Below are positions 46,972-48,311 of a stretch of 48,311 nt of DNA, one piece after another (the stretch's first letter is position 1; each line of letters starts with the position of its first letter). A program made the position numbers and the translations under genes. The stretch covers positions 1 through 48,311 of the forward strand of contig ML002279.1 in NCBI GenBank assembly GCA_003614675.1, read 5' to 3'. Source of the DNA: Dimargaris cristalligena. Its lineage: Eukaryota. The notes beneath the pieces were generated by a model. That model did no database searches and was not told where the DNA came from. It was given only the letters and a program-made list of their open reading frames with translations.

Positions 46972-48311
46972 GTATTACCTCCTTCATTTCCCATCCTAAA
47001 CTCTAATAACCCGGTCAACTATATAATTTATTCGTCTGAATGGTGGAGTATTTTCCAGATGTATATGGGGATCATCATTCAGTTTTCCTCTTCATCGTAT
47101 GTTTTGCACAACCGTAGTACCCCTCTCCTCCTCATCCTTTCGTCAAGGTTTTGTGGACCCCTTAATTACCCCCCGCGCTTGCCCCACATTCGTGATGTGC
47201 CCCCCCTCAATGATTTCAATCATTCTCTCCCCTCCCGCTGTAGTATGTGTGTATGCGCTTTACCGTTTCGTAAATATGCTCGGTATTTATGTATCTTCTA
47301 CTTACTTTATCCATATCCCTCACTCTCCCTTTATTTAAATATATATGTTATTTACCTTTTTTATGTGGTTTGGCCACTATTTGTTTATTGGCACCCGTTA
47401 TTTATCAGAGGATATGGTTATTTATTCGCTCTCATTTACCACCACCCGTCTTGGATCCTCCTCAAGACCATTACTTGCATTAATCACCTCATCAACATAA
47501 GTTATCCTCGAATAAATAAATATATTATATTACATGTTACCATAATAATGAACCCTTAACTATTGAGCGTGAAACGCAAGAACTGACTGGATACCCAAAT
47601 ACGACACGTAAACTTATTTACTGAGAAATTTGTGCAGTGATAGCTTCATCATAATAAATCGGTGGATAATAAATAATTACTTGGTTTAGCAATGTTTTTT
47701 TATCGAACAGGAGATCTTTATTTATTAATACCAGCTACCAAAGTTCAACGATATTTCTATAGTCTTCCTTCATATTTCCACATAGGAGGGTACTTTCCGC
47801 CTTTCCATACTATGGTAATTGAAGAAAATGCTTTGCTATATGGTGTTTTGGAGTATTTATTTATTGTAAGGCAAGGTAGTTTTAACGATAAACATAGGTG
47901 TTTAAAAAAGTAATACCAAGTATAAATTGCCAATTTAGATAATGTGTAGTTTGTAGAGTGAATAAGGAAGGGTCACGGAGTAGAACTATGACCCAACGAA
48001 AAGCTCCTTTAGGAGCTATACACGTGGAAATGTCGAAATATTTATGACTTTATATTCAAAGTCTGAACTTCAGGATTTTGAAAAAAAACAAACATACATC
48101 AGTTAGTTTGGTTAGGCGTGTACAATACTTTTTTAGAGAGCAGGAGAAGGTTCAGCCTCGCGCCCACCAGACACGACATAGCGTACACTACTGCCGCAAC
48201 TCAACCAGTTGTTAGAGTCGGGCATGGGATCATTCACGCGGTTGCGGCGGGGGGGACTTCCCTCGGTGGCCAGGGGGGGACGGGGCGTGAACTTAATTTC
48301 GGAGGCCGGGG

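Noticed and set aside
47059-47559. 166-aa hydrophobic ORF after the M16 stop
   Set aside because: It is T-rich 3' UTR sequence with no codon bias or motifs.

Overview
Eukaryotic, gene-sparse fungal DNA. GT-AG introns of 150-240 nt with CTAAC/CTAAT branch sites, GC3-rich exons and long AT-richer intergenic DNA suggest an early-diverging fungus (Zoopagomycota/Dimargaris-like is only a guess). Five clear genes: an intronless PI-specific phospholipase C (+), a 4-exon C8orf76-like TPR protein (-) transcribed divergently from a 3-exon TRM11 tRNA m2G10 methyltransferase (+), a short BED-finger + Hermes-type hAT N-terminal protein with no catalytic domain (-), and a ~1330-aa insulinase (M16A) homolog (+). 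The insulinase has lost HxxEH and other catalytic residues and carries a ~300-aa low-complexity insertion with a Met/Gly/Asn/Pro-rich prion-like part. A CpG-depleted block (~25.3-30 kb) holds two related solo LTRs in inverted orientation with target-site duplications, and a signal-peptide gene that appears to be decaying through C>T changes. Five copies of a ~140-bp TA-flanked MITE are dispersed through the window. The most interesting candidates are the pseudo-insulinase and the apparently domesticated hAT/BED gene. No rRNA, CRISPR array or convincing tRNA was seen.
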